From assembly GCA_016748015.1 (NCBI GenBank), contig JAAOMT010000295.1:310001-374000 (forward strand): a stretch of DNA of 64,000 bases, in the 5' to 3' direction. Below, in pieces: positions 25,501-38,563 of this stretch. The position numbers and the translations under genes are program-made. Source of the DNA: Geosiphon pyriformis uo1 (Eukaryota > Fungi > Glomeromycota). Within the stretch, counting starts at the first letter, position 1; the number at the start of each line of letters is the position of its first letter. The notes below the pieces were generated by a model. It was not told where the DNA came from. It searched no databases and worked only from the letters and a program-made list of their open reading frames with translations.

Positions 25501-26075
25501 TAACAGTTTACTAAAATTGGTAGCTAATCAATTTCGAAATGTTAGTTGGGTTTTGAGAATTTTTCAAGTGCAATAATTAAAGAATTTGGTTTTTCGAATT
25601 ATTTGATATTTATTTCTTTCTGTGTGTGTAGGAATGGTTCTAAGTAATAAATCTAAAGTAAGATGCATTTTCTCGAAAAAAAAAGCTCTTCTTTTATACA
25701 ACTTGTTGTAACACTATTCTATGAACTTGAACTTTGCTCTTTTCTACAATTTCGCTGAACTAAAGATACATTTCAGTGAACTACAAGTTATTTCTACGAA
25801 CTATTAGATATTTCAGTGAACTATCAATTATTTCAGTGAATTTTTACAAATTTCGGCAAACTTTTTGAATGTTACATATTTCGAGGTATTGCATAATTGA
25901 TCATCACACTTAGGTTATATTTGTGTTATGTACCAATTGAGTTATTAATTAAATGATAATTTCAGACATTTTGCTAATGTAATAAGTAATAATTTGAAAC
26001 AATAATATATGCTAATTAATGATAGGAATAAGATAATTTCATGTTAAATGATATCTCTAATTTTGTCTGATAACA
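22523..26075 (-). mobile_element. Ty3/gypsy-like LTR element C: 5' LTR 25111-26075, PBS 25091-25108, gag from 25065, CCHC knuckle, protease; truncated; nested in element B
   Basis: TGTTAC...ATAACA ends; PBS TGGTGCTCTCTCA. Gag AKIPEFTG...WFENL...FKTAFLEQF...QILDQFIAGL; knuckle CHYCGIPGHWKRDC at ~23639-23681; protease RLILDSGSAGSII. Confidence 0.92.
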
Positions 26076-29000
26076 ATGATCAACTTAGTGACCTAATTAG
26101 TTCATGAGTTATTGTGTGATAATATTGTTTGCGGAACTACTATCTAAGATTAGTTTTATGGTCTAACCATCAACTTTAGCATTAGTGTACATGGCAGTAA
26201 TAAGTTTCTTTTTAAGTATAGCTCTACTGAACAATAGTGTTTGTAATGGTTTCTTGAATTTGAATAGGAAGATTGCTAATAGCAATTCATCATTGGTTAC
26301 AGTGGCTGAAGATATGTTGCTGGTAAGTGATTTGTTTTGATTGGGTTCCCGATTGTTGGATGAAGTGTCTTCTAAGGTAACCAGAAAACTTAAATAGTGT
26401 GAAGAATTTGGGTTTTGGACATATCTAGTCTCCAAATTCCAAGAGCATGTTTCTGGTTGTTGAGTGGAAGAGCTGGGAATCAGTTAATGGACAACTATCA
26501 CTGATCTCCAGTTTTGTTGTATCATTTTCAGCCTTTGTGTTCCAGTTTGGGATAAGTTTTGTGGTGGTGTTTGAATTTGTTGGGACTGGTATATTACTTG
26601 TGACTACAGCTAATAAATGATAGGTGTTGTCAGCTGATAAATTGGAACTTAATATACTAGTGATTGATAAATTGGCTGTTGCATTATTTGAGTATAATAA
26701 GATGAGTATTGATCCTGAGTTAAGTATTGATTCGGAGTTTGAAACCTACAATCAGGATTCCAGTAGTGATTTCCTGATCATGGGTTATTATTATAAGAAT
26801 GGCAGTTGATTTTCAAATGGTCTTATTTACCACAATTGTGGCAGATATGCATCTTTTATTGTTATGGCTAATTGGATGATGATAGAAAACATGACTAATT
26901 TTGGAAGCAATTCATGTTTTCTGAATTATTGTGTTGTTGGGGTGGCTAATAAATTGCATAATTGTCAGCTAAGTATCCTTCTAATTTCTGATTAATTGAA
27001 TCACTGAGTTGCTTTAATTTGGAATCCAAGTCAGATGATTTATTCATGACTAGATTGACAGCTTGGGCATGGTTTGTTTCAAGTTTGGCAGATTTAAAAT
27101 CTTTTGTATTGGTAATTGTGTCTTGGAGAGTTTGCAGATGCATTGAGCATATGCACTGGAGAATGCTACTACATAATTTATGAATGAACTGGTTCAAAAT
27201 CTGTGGTACTGTAAAGTAATTCGCATTAATTACTTGTATTTGGTGCAAGTTTCTATGAAAACATCCTAAATAAGTAGTAACTGCTTTAGTTTCTCCTTGC
27301 TTAATGGTGGTGAAAGTATTGGCTAAGCAATTAATACTGTTATTATTGCTAAAATATCTCAAAAACTCAAGCTTAAATGCATTAAAATCCTGAGGTTTGT
27401 TGACCAAGCTCTAATACCATGAGTTAGCAGTATCCTAAAAGAAGTATGGAATGGCTTGCATGACTTGTGCATTATTCTATTCATTGGCTGTGATGACTTT
27501 TTTCACATCATTCAACCATACTTGGGTGTTATTCTCTTTGCCAGTGAATTTTTTGAGTTTTGCTATTGGGGCATAGGCCATTGGATCCAAGTTTGGTTGT
27601 TGCAGTTGTTGAAGAGGTAATTGCTAAGGTAGTATTGACAGCTGTTAAAGTTGTTTAGCAATTGGATTAATTAGTTGTTGATTAATGATGATTTCTGGAA
27701 GTAAGTTTTGCTAATTAATTAATTCGGAGTTTGAATTGTTTTGAGTTTACTAGGTTTGAATATTTGGAGTTTTAACTTCTGGATTTTCTGCAATTGGATT
27801 TTGATAATTAAATTTTTGATCCTCTTTTTTTTTTTTCTGATGCCATTATCTTCCAAGAACTTGTGATTCCGAAATCTGGTGAAGATGACAGTAATTAGAA
27901 TCCTGATGGCATTGGTAATTGTGATTTGAATCCTTCAAAGTAATTGCTGTATGTTTCCAATAACTCTGCTTTCTTTTGTTTACTTTGAAATAGGAGTTAT
28001 CCAAATGTTGATGTTATATTTAATGTGAATGCACCTGCTGATGCAATATTAATGGTACTTCTGGGTGTATAATAGTATGATAGATATAGTGAAGATTCAA
28101 TTCTTTGTTTCTTTCACATTAGTAATTGTATTTTTTTTAGAGTTGCTGCTGGTGTTTGTAACTTTCTTTTACTTTTATTTGTGTAGATAATGGAAAATTG
28201 TTGTTGAGTGTATCTTTCAATTTTTTGATTAATTTTTCTAATGATTGGTGTAAAACTGTAATTTTGTGATAAGCTGGTGTGTTGGATTAATTCTGTATAG
28301 AAATTTTCTCTCACTGATTCAATGTCAACTGGTTTTTTCAGAAAATCTGTGATTCTCTCATTGACATAAAAGTTGAAGACTGATTCCACTAGATAATGGT
28401 TGTTGGTTAAGCCCAATTGTTGACTGTACTGTTAAAATAAGAATTTAGCAAATTCTAAATGGTTTGTCCCTATTATTTCTGATTCTGCCACTTTTGAATA
28501 ATTGTTGTTTGGTGCTGGTTTTCTGTAGGATTATATCTCACAGAAAGCACCAAATATTACAGGTGATTATTTGGAGTCTCAAATCAAATAACAAACCTGT
28601 AACTTAGTGTTCAATTGATATATTGATGTTGGTAATTTCTGAAGATGTGTTTTTTGAAGGTTTTTTGTTGAGTTCTTTGTATAATAGACAGAGATTCAAT
28701 TGATAGTTTTATCTATAGCTTCCTAAAACTGCAGTTTTGTTAATTTTTTTCTCAGCATGATGGCTGGTAATCCTTCTGGTAAAATATTCTCAATTCCAAG
28801 TGTCTATTCTTATTTCTGAGTCTTTTACCAGTGCTATATTCTAATGTCAGTACCTCTGTGTATATATTTTTTTAAACAAGTTAACAAACAACAAAGAAAA
28901 TAAAGCAAGAAAATAAATAAAAAAAATAAAAAAATAAAAAAATAAACCAAGACAATTTACATATTAGTATTCCATTAATAGCTGTGATCAAGAGCTATTG

Positions 29001-29383
29001 TTTCAGTGTGATTAAGTATCAATTATTATCAACACTTCATGTTGATAGTAAGAAATAGATTGAGATAATGAATAATTATTTATTAATATTTGTGAATAAA
29101 AAGGTTGCTTAGATTAAATCTAAATTAAACAGTATGTCTTTTTTACTTTTAATGCTATCACTATATATACATAATTGAGATTTTTCAATTCCTCAATTCT
29201 TTATACCAGGAATCCTGGAATTCCTGAAATCCTGCAATTCTTTTTGAGAAAAATTCTGGAATTCTGGAATCCTGTGATTCCTTATACAAGAATTCTGAAA
29301 TTCCTAGAATTCTACATTTACTATGACTACTTCTAATTAGCTAATTTATATGCTAATATACTTCTTATATTTTATGAGTAACA
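26076..29383 (-). mobile_element. Ty3/gypsy-like LTR element B (same family as A): 5' LTR 28555-29383, PBS 28535-28552, gag, start of protease
   Basis: ORFs 28114-28416 and 26946-27407 are homologous to 19167-19436 and 18102-18407. Knuckle remnant ICHNCGK*DHLKINC. The protease is cut by the LTR of C at 26075/26076. Confidence 0.9.
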
Positions 29384-29795
29384 ATTGTAATTGACTTTGC
29401 TCAATATTTGGCTGAAAAGTATTAAAGTAAGCTATAACTATTAAAAGCAAAATTTAGAATAAATATAAAAAAAATGATTTAATTAATAATATGAAAGTGA
29501 TTTCTGCTTTTTTTTATAGTGTATCTGGTTGTCTATTGGTAAAGTTATTTGTTTGCTTGGTATTATTGAGTTTTTTGCTGTAAATTTTGATTTGTATAAA
29601 GCTTATTATTTTTTTTAAATATTTATAATGGTGCAAAAATATATATAGGTGTATAGTGTTGTTTTGATTAGTTTAAATAGCTAGTTATATATAATAAACA
29701 TATAAACCATGTTTGGTTAGATTCACTTAGTTTGTTTTTGTATACTAAATAGTAGTTGAACTGCACTTATTAAATAAATAAATAAAAAATAATAA
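29384..29795 (+). mobile_element. LINE 3' end ghost (end of ORF2, 3' UTR, A tail), same subfamily as copy 1
   Basis: ggtgtatagtgttg...gttagattcacttagtttg...tgtatactaaatagtagttgaactgcact...aataaa is colinear with 10640-10890. Confidence 0.87.
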
Positions 29796-30909
29796 TATTA
29801 TTAAAAAAAACCATTTAATTTAATATTTAATAATTAAACAGATTTTTTTTTAATAAATTAAATTAATTATTTATAACAAACTTATTTATTAAATTTATTT
29901 TATTTTATTTTTGTTATTATTTGTTTTATATTAAATTAATTAATTAAAAAATAAGTATTAAAATTATAATATTATAAATAGCCTAATAAAAAATACAAAA
30001 ATAAACATAAAATTAATTTATTAATAATTAAATAATTTACTAAAAGAATAAAAAACACCAAAATAAATTAGTTACTATACCAAAAAAATAAGATATAAAG
30101 TATTGTCAATTATTAAAACTTAAATTTGTATTTTTTATACAAAAAACTCAATTTAAAAAATTTTTAAATATATAAAATTTTCAAATTAGATTATTTTATT
30201 ATAATATTAATTTATAGATTATTAAATTATAAAATTATTTATAATAATATTAAATAAACTGAATAAATTTAAAGCTTTATTTTTTACAAAAAAACAAACT
30301 TTAAAACAAAAATAGTGTTTTAAAAACATTTAAAAAATTTGTTGTTTTGTTTTTTTAGTTTTTTTTGTTATTTAAGCAAATATAAAAAGAGTTGCAAAGA
30401 AAAAAAGTATTTTAATTAATAATTTATTATTAAAAAATTTAAAATTTTGTATAAAATTATTAAATAAAATTAATTAATATATATTAACATTTTAATTTTA
30501 GTTAAAATATTAAATATTATTATTTAATTAATAATTTAATTTATAATTTAAAATATAAAAAAATATTTTGAAAATAAATACATTATTAAAAATTTAACAG
30601 CTTTATTAACAACAGAATTATTAACAAACTTAATATTAATAATATTTTAAAAAATAACAGAAACTTCTAATTTAAAGCCAAAAACTGGTTTGTATTTATA
30701 ATATTTAATAATCATATTTTTTAAAAACACTGTCTAGTTGTTTTGTTTTTATGTTAATATAAGTACAAAAAAAAAAAACTTCTTTTTCTCCTTCGTCCCA
30801 AATTCCTGAAAAAGAGTCAAATTTTGAAAGAAGTTTTTTCTGTTTTTGTATACTGTCTTCCAATATTTCACAAGAATCAAACCCTTTTGTTGTTGGCTCA
30901 GCTGCCATT

Positions 30910-32754
30910 ATGAGTGGTTTTAGTGTTAAAAAAAGATCTGCCAGAGTCTCGACCACTAGTTCAGTTGGTAGTGGTTCAACTCAAAAAGTCAAAAAGCCTC
31001 TCAATGGTGTTAAACTTTCAAGTACGAATAAGAATCTCAAAGATGGTGGACCTGTTAGTGTGGACGGACAACTTACTGGCATGGATACAGATAGGGAAGC
31101 CTTTGATGGTAAAGTCACTTCTAACTCCCAAATGAATACGCCCAATGTGAAGTGTTTCAATACTGGTGCGGCTATTGGTTCCCCTCTTAGCTCTATTAAC
31201 TATGATATAGATGATGAAGAGAAAGTTTCTCTTCTTCCTCTCTGTTTGTCTTTCTCTTTGGAAAAAGTGTGGGTGGACCACAAAATTGTTAAAACTCAAG
31301 TAGAAGTAGCTGTGAAGAAATCTTTTGCTTTGGACATTAATCTTTCGGCTGTGGAAGAGAAATTGGCAATGGCTAAAACTCAGGTTGTAAGGAAATTATT
31401 TTCAAGAATCAATGGTTTTGGGGGGACCACTACCCCCTCAAAATTTGAAGAGATTATCAGATCTACCTTCACTTTTAAAGCAAGCATGGAAAAGGCTGTC
31501 TCATTGGCCAGGGAAAATGTGATCATCATAAACACCGATCTCAAGAAACAAGAAGTTCATTCAGATTGGGCTGTGGTAATAAAGGAAATTCCCATGAACA
31601 CGCCAAAAGAAATGATCATCGCCACAGTGTCCAAATTTGGTCAAGTAGTGTCAATCCAATTGCAACTCATTAGGCTGTGGCAGAAGGCTGTAGTGGAGTT
31701 TGCCGAATCAAGTCAGGCAGATCAGTTGGCAGCTAAGTGGTTATTCTTAATTGGAAAAAATTCTGTGTGTGTGGCCAAAGCTGTAAAGGATCGTGAGATG
31801 TGGGCATCTAGAGATTGGTATAAGGTGCTTTTGTTTACTTTGCTGGTGGAAACAATGGCTCATGATCTTAGTGAACTTTTGGCAGGGGCTGGTGGGAAAA
31901 CTTGTGTCATAAATTGATCCTTAAACACTGGTAATAGGGTTTGTTGTGCTGTGGTTTGTTTTGAGAATGACGAGGATTTGGAGTCTGCATTTCATATGGA
32001 GTCTGTTTTTGGTGGGGTGAAACTTTCTTGGGCTAGATTGGACTTGGTTCAGTGTGAATGGTGTGAGAAACTTGGTCATTCTGTTCTGGAGTGTGATGCT
32101 GAGATTTCACATTCTCCTAAACTTTCCAAGTCATTTAAGAAAGTTGTCTTTAATAAGAACCGCTTCCAGTTGGCCAAGCTTTATGTGAAAAAGAGTGTGC
32201 CTATTTCCAGACCGGCTGCATTTGGCAGCAAGTCATGAGCCCAGGTTGTCTCTCTAGCATCTTTGTCTAATGGTCTTCACTTTGGTTCTGGTCCTGGTTT
32301 TGGCTCTTCTCCTGGTGCCTCAGGTTTGGTTGGTCACTTGTCTCTTGCGGATCTTGTTAGTTCGATTTTGGAAACTCATCTTGCTTCTTTGGAGTGCTCT
32401 TTGGAACTTCTCACAGATAAAGTGTCCGGTATTATTGACAAACTTGACGGTTTAAGCCTGGTGCCCTTGGCTCTTGCCTCCTCTTCTCAGTCCTTGGTTG
32501 CTCTTGGTTCGGTTGATATAAAATTTGGTTCAGATATGGTTTTGGATGAACCTGATTCTGTGGTTATTTCTCCTGCTTTTGTTTCCTCTGGTGCCTCAAG
32601 TTTGGATTTGAGTGGTTCAAAAATTCTGACTTCGAAAGTGGGCTGCTTAGAGTCAAAGTTGATGGCTCTCAAAGCTTCAGTTTGTTTGGTATTGGGGAAG
32701 TTAGATCAGATGTGTGCTGGCTTAGGTTCTGTGGTCTCATTTGTATCTCAATGA
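30910..32754 (+). pseudogene. LINE ORF1 with CCHC knuckle; stops at 31915 and 32236
   Basis: Three in-frame ORF pieces; CEWCEKLGHSVLEC. Confidence 0.9.
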
Positions 32755-35700
32755 ATGATTTAGTATGGAAAATAGCCACGTGTAATGTCAGGGGAATGAA
32801 CAATTCAGCAAAGCAAAAGGACATTATACATTGACACAAAGATAGGAACAATTTAGTCTCAATTGTTACTGAGACAAAGTTAAAAAATAAGGTTCAGCCT
32901 TAGATTGCTAGCAAATTCGATGGTGTTCGGGTCTTCATTTCTGGTTTGAATTCTGGTCATCTTGGTTCTGGGGTGGCGATTGTTATAAACAATTTTCTGG
33001 CCAAGCACATGTGCAAAGTTTTTGAGGTCTTTGATCATCTTATTTCTGTCAAGTTGCTTTTTAGGAATAAACTCTCGGTTTCTATTTTGGGTCTGTATGC
33101 TGGCGCATCGGCTTCAGTGCACTTTTTTCAGGCCGATGACATGAATGCTTTAATTGCTAGTGCTGTGAATGAATTATCTTTTGTGGTCTTAGATGGTGAC
33201 TTCAATGAAGATAGTTTGCGTAGAAGCGCCAGTTTCAGAAAGTGTGATAGCTTGGATCTGGTCAACTCTCTTTTTGGTAGTCCATTTGTAAAAGTTCCAA
33301 CATGGAGTAATTCCTGGGGTGTGACGAAAACAATTGATTATCTTTTTGTGTCTTCCAATTTGGTCAATGCTATTGTGAATCATGATGTTTTGGATGTGTC
33401 CAATTTCTTTGATACTGATCATCATGCCATTTTTGCATCGATTGGTTTAGGCAGTCTTTTGGATACACATTTGTGTTCTGTTTGCAAGCAGGCCAATAGG
33501 GATCATTGGAAGTACAATTTTAAGGATGCTGGTGTTGCCTTGTGATTGAGATTCAGGGAGGCCACGGCAGTGAATGCTGCCATGTTCTCTAATGATTTCT
33601 TGGCCGCCAAAGAACTGTCAGATTTGGATGTGATGTGGGATGCTGTTCAGAAAACAATGAGCTTTTTGGCGAGTGAAGTTTTCAGAAAAAAATGGTTTAA
33701 AAGTTATGATGGCGTTTTCACTAAACATTCATCCAGATTCCATAAGTTAAAACTTTTGGTGTCCAAGTTGGTCAAGGCTTCCCATTCTGTTGATTGTGAT
33801 GTGTTCGTATCCCTGCTTAATACTTGGAAATTGCTTGATTCTGCTGGTGCTGCTATAGTAAGATCTCTTTTTCTCTCAAGATCTCCTTTTGACAACATTC
33901 GTTCAGCTCTGTCCAAAGCCAGAAAGTCTTATCATGCCTCAAAGTTATTAGAATCAAAACATGCTAAAGATTCACAAATCAGATCTGCTATTGTTAAGAG
34001 GATAGAGAGCTTTGAATCTAACAAGGGTCATACTATTAGAAGCATCTTGGAGAGGCCTTTCCACAAGATGGTTTTGGATCATTTGGTCATTGGTGATGAG
34101 CTGTATTTGGAACCTGATCCTGTTAAAAAAAAAGTGGATGAGATTATGGAGGGGTGGACTCGTAAACATGGAGTGATTCTTGATATTCCGGGGAATTGGT
34201 TTTGCCAATATCAGCCTTTGGATTACGTGTTTGATGGCACTTTTTCAGATGTGATGAGCTGTGTTAGTTTTGATGAAATGTCTGGCGTGGTCTCTGACCT
34301 ACCTAACAGGAAGGCTGCTGGTCTCTCAGGCATCTCCAATGAACTTTGGAAGCACTATGACAAATCTGTTCTTGATATGCTCTTAGTGCTCATTAATTCT
34401 TGTCTTTGTGGTGAGTCTGTGCCCAGTGCTTGGAAGGAAGCCTGGGTGTTAATGATTCCCAAATCTTATGAATGGGAGGGTGTGTTCACAAACACTTGTC
34501 CTATTGCTCTGATTGAGACAGCTCAAAAAATTCTTTTCAAGATTCTCTCTGATAGGATCTCTTTGGCATGTAGTAAGTTTAACATTTTTTGTGGGGACAA
34601 TTTTTCAGTTCTCAAAGGCATTACAACTCAGTCTCCTATTTTTGCAATTGGTTCGGTGATCGAGGATGCTCTTGAAAAGAACCGGGAGCTCTGGCTGGTT
34701 TTACAAGACATGCGGAAAGCATATGACTCGGTCAGTTGGGATCATCTTAAGAAAAGTTTGGTTAAAATAAAAATGTGCTGCAGGTTTATTAGGTTTTTTG
34801 GGAATATTCATGGTGGTCACACCAACTGGGTTATGACTAATTTTGGGTTGACAAATGGTTATCATGTAGCACGATGGCTTGAACCAAGAGGAGGTGTTTT
34901 TACCTCTTCTTTGGCGTATATTTTACGATCCTCTCTTGTGTGAAGTTAAGAGACAGGAAAGTGTGTGTGGTTACAGGTTAAACTCTCATTTTATTGCTAA
35001 GATGGGCTGTGTGGAGTCTCAGGCTGATTTGTCATCTTTCTTCACTGCTGGCGCTTTTGTGGACGATATGATCTGGGTGGGTAGCAGTCAGACTGCCACT
35101 CAACACATTCTTGATGTGGCTAGTGAATTTTTCTGCATCAATGATATTTCTATTAATAATGATAAGACAGTGGCCATTCCAATTAATAGCCATGCCAGTG
35201 CACCTTTTCTTTTCATCAGTAAGTCCCCTATTTCAATAGCTAAATCAGGCAAATCACATCATTATCTGGGTATCTTTGTGTCATCTGAAGGACTGTCAAA
35301 GCCCAGCCTAACAAAAGCACATTCAGATGTTTGTTTGTTTATCAACTTGGTTCTAAGAAAGACCGTATTGGACAAACAATTTTTATATTTAGTGTCAGCT
35401 GTCCTCCACCCCATTATCGGTTATAGGACTTAGTTTAGTTTTGTTCTTGTCAGTGTGTGTAATAAGTGGGATGCTTTGATTCGCAGAGGCTTGAAATCCA
35501 AGTCTGGACTACCTCTTGATTTTTCTAGTAACACAATCCATTACCCTTTATTCTATGGGTTGAAATCTTTCACCCAGATTCAATCAGAGAGTAAAGTTGC
35601 TTCTCTTATTTGTTTTGCAAACTCAGTGGAAATCCTGGGTCGCCTATTCTCCCACAGGTCTCATGACTTACAAGTCTCGTGCTGGTGCCCTGTTTATCCT

Positions 35701-37440
35701 TTGAGTGTTTTTGTTCATGTTCGAGTCAGCCCTTTGAATAACTTCTTAGCGGGAGTTGTTCATGTTCTCATCGATTGCAATTTGTCTTTGAGTGGTTTTT
35801 TTGATAGTCCATTTCGGCTTTGTGGTGGGATTCTCATGTCTACCGTTCTCGGTAAGTCTAAATTTGTCAGGTCCCTTCCTTCACTCCAGCAATATAATAT
35901 TGCCTTTGTTGACCAACTCCGTGATCATCATGGTGCCGTGTTTAACTGGTATAAATTCAAGCAGTAGAAGAGGTTGGACTCTTGTGGCCTGATTCCTGAA
36001 TGGTTTATGCTTTCTGTCGAGTTCCTGTCTGGTACGTCTTTTCCTCATGCCCCTTCTCCTGCTTTGGTTGATGTGGGTCTTCAGAGTATTCTCGCCTCTT
36101 CTGGCTTTGTGTTTGTTTGTAATTGGCTTTCCCAAGTTCTTTCTAGTAGCATTTCTGTTTACACGGATGGGTCTCTAACACACCTTGGTACCGAGAATTG
36201 TGCGGCTGGAGCTGGAGTTTTTTTCAGTAACATTGATCTGGGTTTGGGTGTTGGAGTTTTGGGTCTGTTGTCTTCTACTTTGGCGGAAATGCAAGCTATT
36301 GCACTGGCACTGGAGTGTGTCCCCCATTCTAGTTTTGTTCATCTGTTCTCTGATAGTCAAGCTGCTCTGGATGCCTGCAAGTCGGAATTGGGTCTGGTGC
36401 ATCCGGATTTTTGCAATTGCTGTTGGATCGAATGCCAGCATATTGTAAACATTATTCATGGCAAAAATTTGATAGTTGATTGGCACAAAGTGAAAGGTCA
36501 CTCTGGTGTGATTAGAAATGAACGTGCTGATGCTATAGCTGGGGCTTTCTCTCATTCGGGCTGGTTCCTTTCTTCTCAATTGCATGCATACTTCTTGTTG
36601 GCAGACGGTGAGACTGTTTCTGGCAATTCTAGGCATTTTGTTTGCGACATTTTTTGTTCCGTTAATTGTGCACACTGGGAGGTTGGTTCTGGTTCTAAAT
36701 TTCTGTCTTCCAGTTTGTTCGCAGACGTTAATTAGTCCTGCTCCTCACTGGTATGGCATCCTGATTCACACATGGCCACTGGCCACACTAGCAAGCCCAC
36801 AGCAGATGCATGCAGTTTTTTTATGAAGGCATTGCACCATCAGCTGCCTGTTGCTGTTTGTAAATGCCTATATAACAGAAGATACCCCAGTGTATTGTGC
36901 TTATATTGTGGTGAGGTGGAGACATCAGATCATGCTTTCTCTTGCAAGGTTGATGACTTTGCGCATCTTTAGATACTGGATACATGTTCGAAATCTTGGA
37001 GGGCACTTTCTGGCCTGTCTCTTTCTTCTTCCTGCGTGCTGCAATTGTTGTCTTCTTGTGCCTCTGATGTTTCTGTATTTATGGCTCTCTTTAAAGGATT
37101 TGTTTTTAGTGAGTGACTTCGTGAAGCTGTCTCTGTTTTTAAATCTCACAAGGTTGCTAGTTCAAATATTGTTGAGTTTGTGCATTCCCTTAGTTTTGCT
37201 TTTAGGAATAATATTTGGTTGGTTTGGGTTAAGCATCGTGCATTCATAGAAAAAAATAATCTCATCCCACTTGATGGTTTAGTTCCTGTCTCGGTCCCTG
37301 GCTTGGCTTCTAGGTTCTCGGCTGGCATCATTAGACTACTTGGTGTGACTGAGGCTTTTGGCATTCATTTTGGCTTTCGTAAACAATGTTTTTTTTTTTC
37401 TGGTGTTGGTAATTCTATTTCGGTACATATAGCTGCGTAG
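32751..37440 (+). pseudogene. LINE ORF2 (APE-RT-RNase H-Cys motif); several stops and one frameshift near 34869
   Basis: TCNVRG, GDFNE, TIDYLF, TDH; QDMRKAYDSV, AFVDD, HYLGI; VYTDGS, AEMQAI, SDSQ, KVKGHSG, NERADAIA; CLYCGEVETSDHAFSC. Confidence 0.95.
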
Positions 37441-38563
37441 TGTTGTCCTGATTAGCCTGAGTGGCTGGTCACGTGTAGAAAGAGCATGATTCACACTTAG
37501 TTTATGTCATTTCTATGATGTATAGCTCTAGGTAGTGTTTGGACCTCACTCATAAAATGTAATAAAAAAAAAATAAAAAAAAAAAATTTGCTTTTTTTAT
37601 AATTTAATATTTAAATTTATAATAACATATTTTAAATTATGTATTTGCTATGTATAATTAGTTATTTGGATTAGTTAAAATTACACTATATATTTATTTT
37701 AAAAAAAACAGTATTGCTTACAAAAAAAAATAAACAATGTCTTTTAAAATCAAAGCATACATAATAATTTTTCAATAAACTAAACATATAAATAAATTAC
37801 TAAATAAAATAACAACAAATTGTAAACTCTAAAAAACAAGAATTTATTTGTATTTAATAAACCACTTTTTTCTAATTTAAATCTCAACTTAATAATAAGC
37901 ACACAAATATCATTCTTATAATTAAAAACTAAATCATAAACAAATTCATCCAACTTAGAAGCTGCAATTTTATTATTGCAAAAAACTAATAAAGCCTTAA
38001 TAAAACATTTATTAAACTTAAAAATATATTAATTGTATAAGAAATTATTATTACTTTATATATTAATTTTTGTATTATAGTTTTCATGATTTAAATTATT
38101 TTATAGCTAATTACTATTAAACATTTAACTGCAAATTTGTTGCTTAATTAACTAATTTTAGTATGAATTTCTTCGATAAATTAATATTAATTATTTATTA
38201 TAAAAATATCTTATATGTAAAATATGTTGAATTTAACAATTATGTATAACAGAAGCATAAACTATTATTATAATAATTTAAAAAGCAAATACAATAAGAC
38301 TTTTTAAACCAGGGAATTATTCTCATGCAATCTGATTTAAATATAATAAGAAAAAGATAACTAAAACTGAAAATTTTACTGACCAACAATTGTAATTGCA
38401 TAACCAAAGTTATTTTTATATCAGAAATTTAACTCAAAAATATCGTAAAGCTTTAGAATATTCGAAGAGACAGAAAGACCTGTGTAATTCTACTAATTCA
38501 GCCGCAATTTCATCAGTATCAAAAGAATATTCTTTCCCAAGCTAACTTAAATTTTCTTGAAGT

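Larger units (their letters stand above)
30775..37586 (+). mobile_element. Full-length LINE retrotransposon, copy 2 (inactive)
   Basis: Conserved 5' end, ORF1 30910-32754, ORF2 32751-37440, 3' UTR, poly(A) at 37561-37586. Confidence 0.95.
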
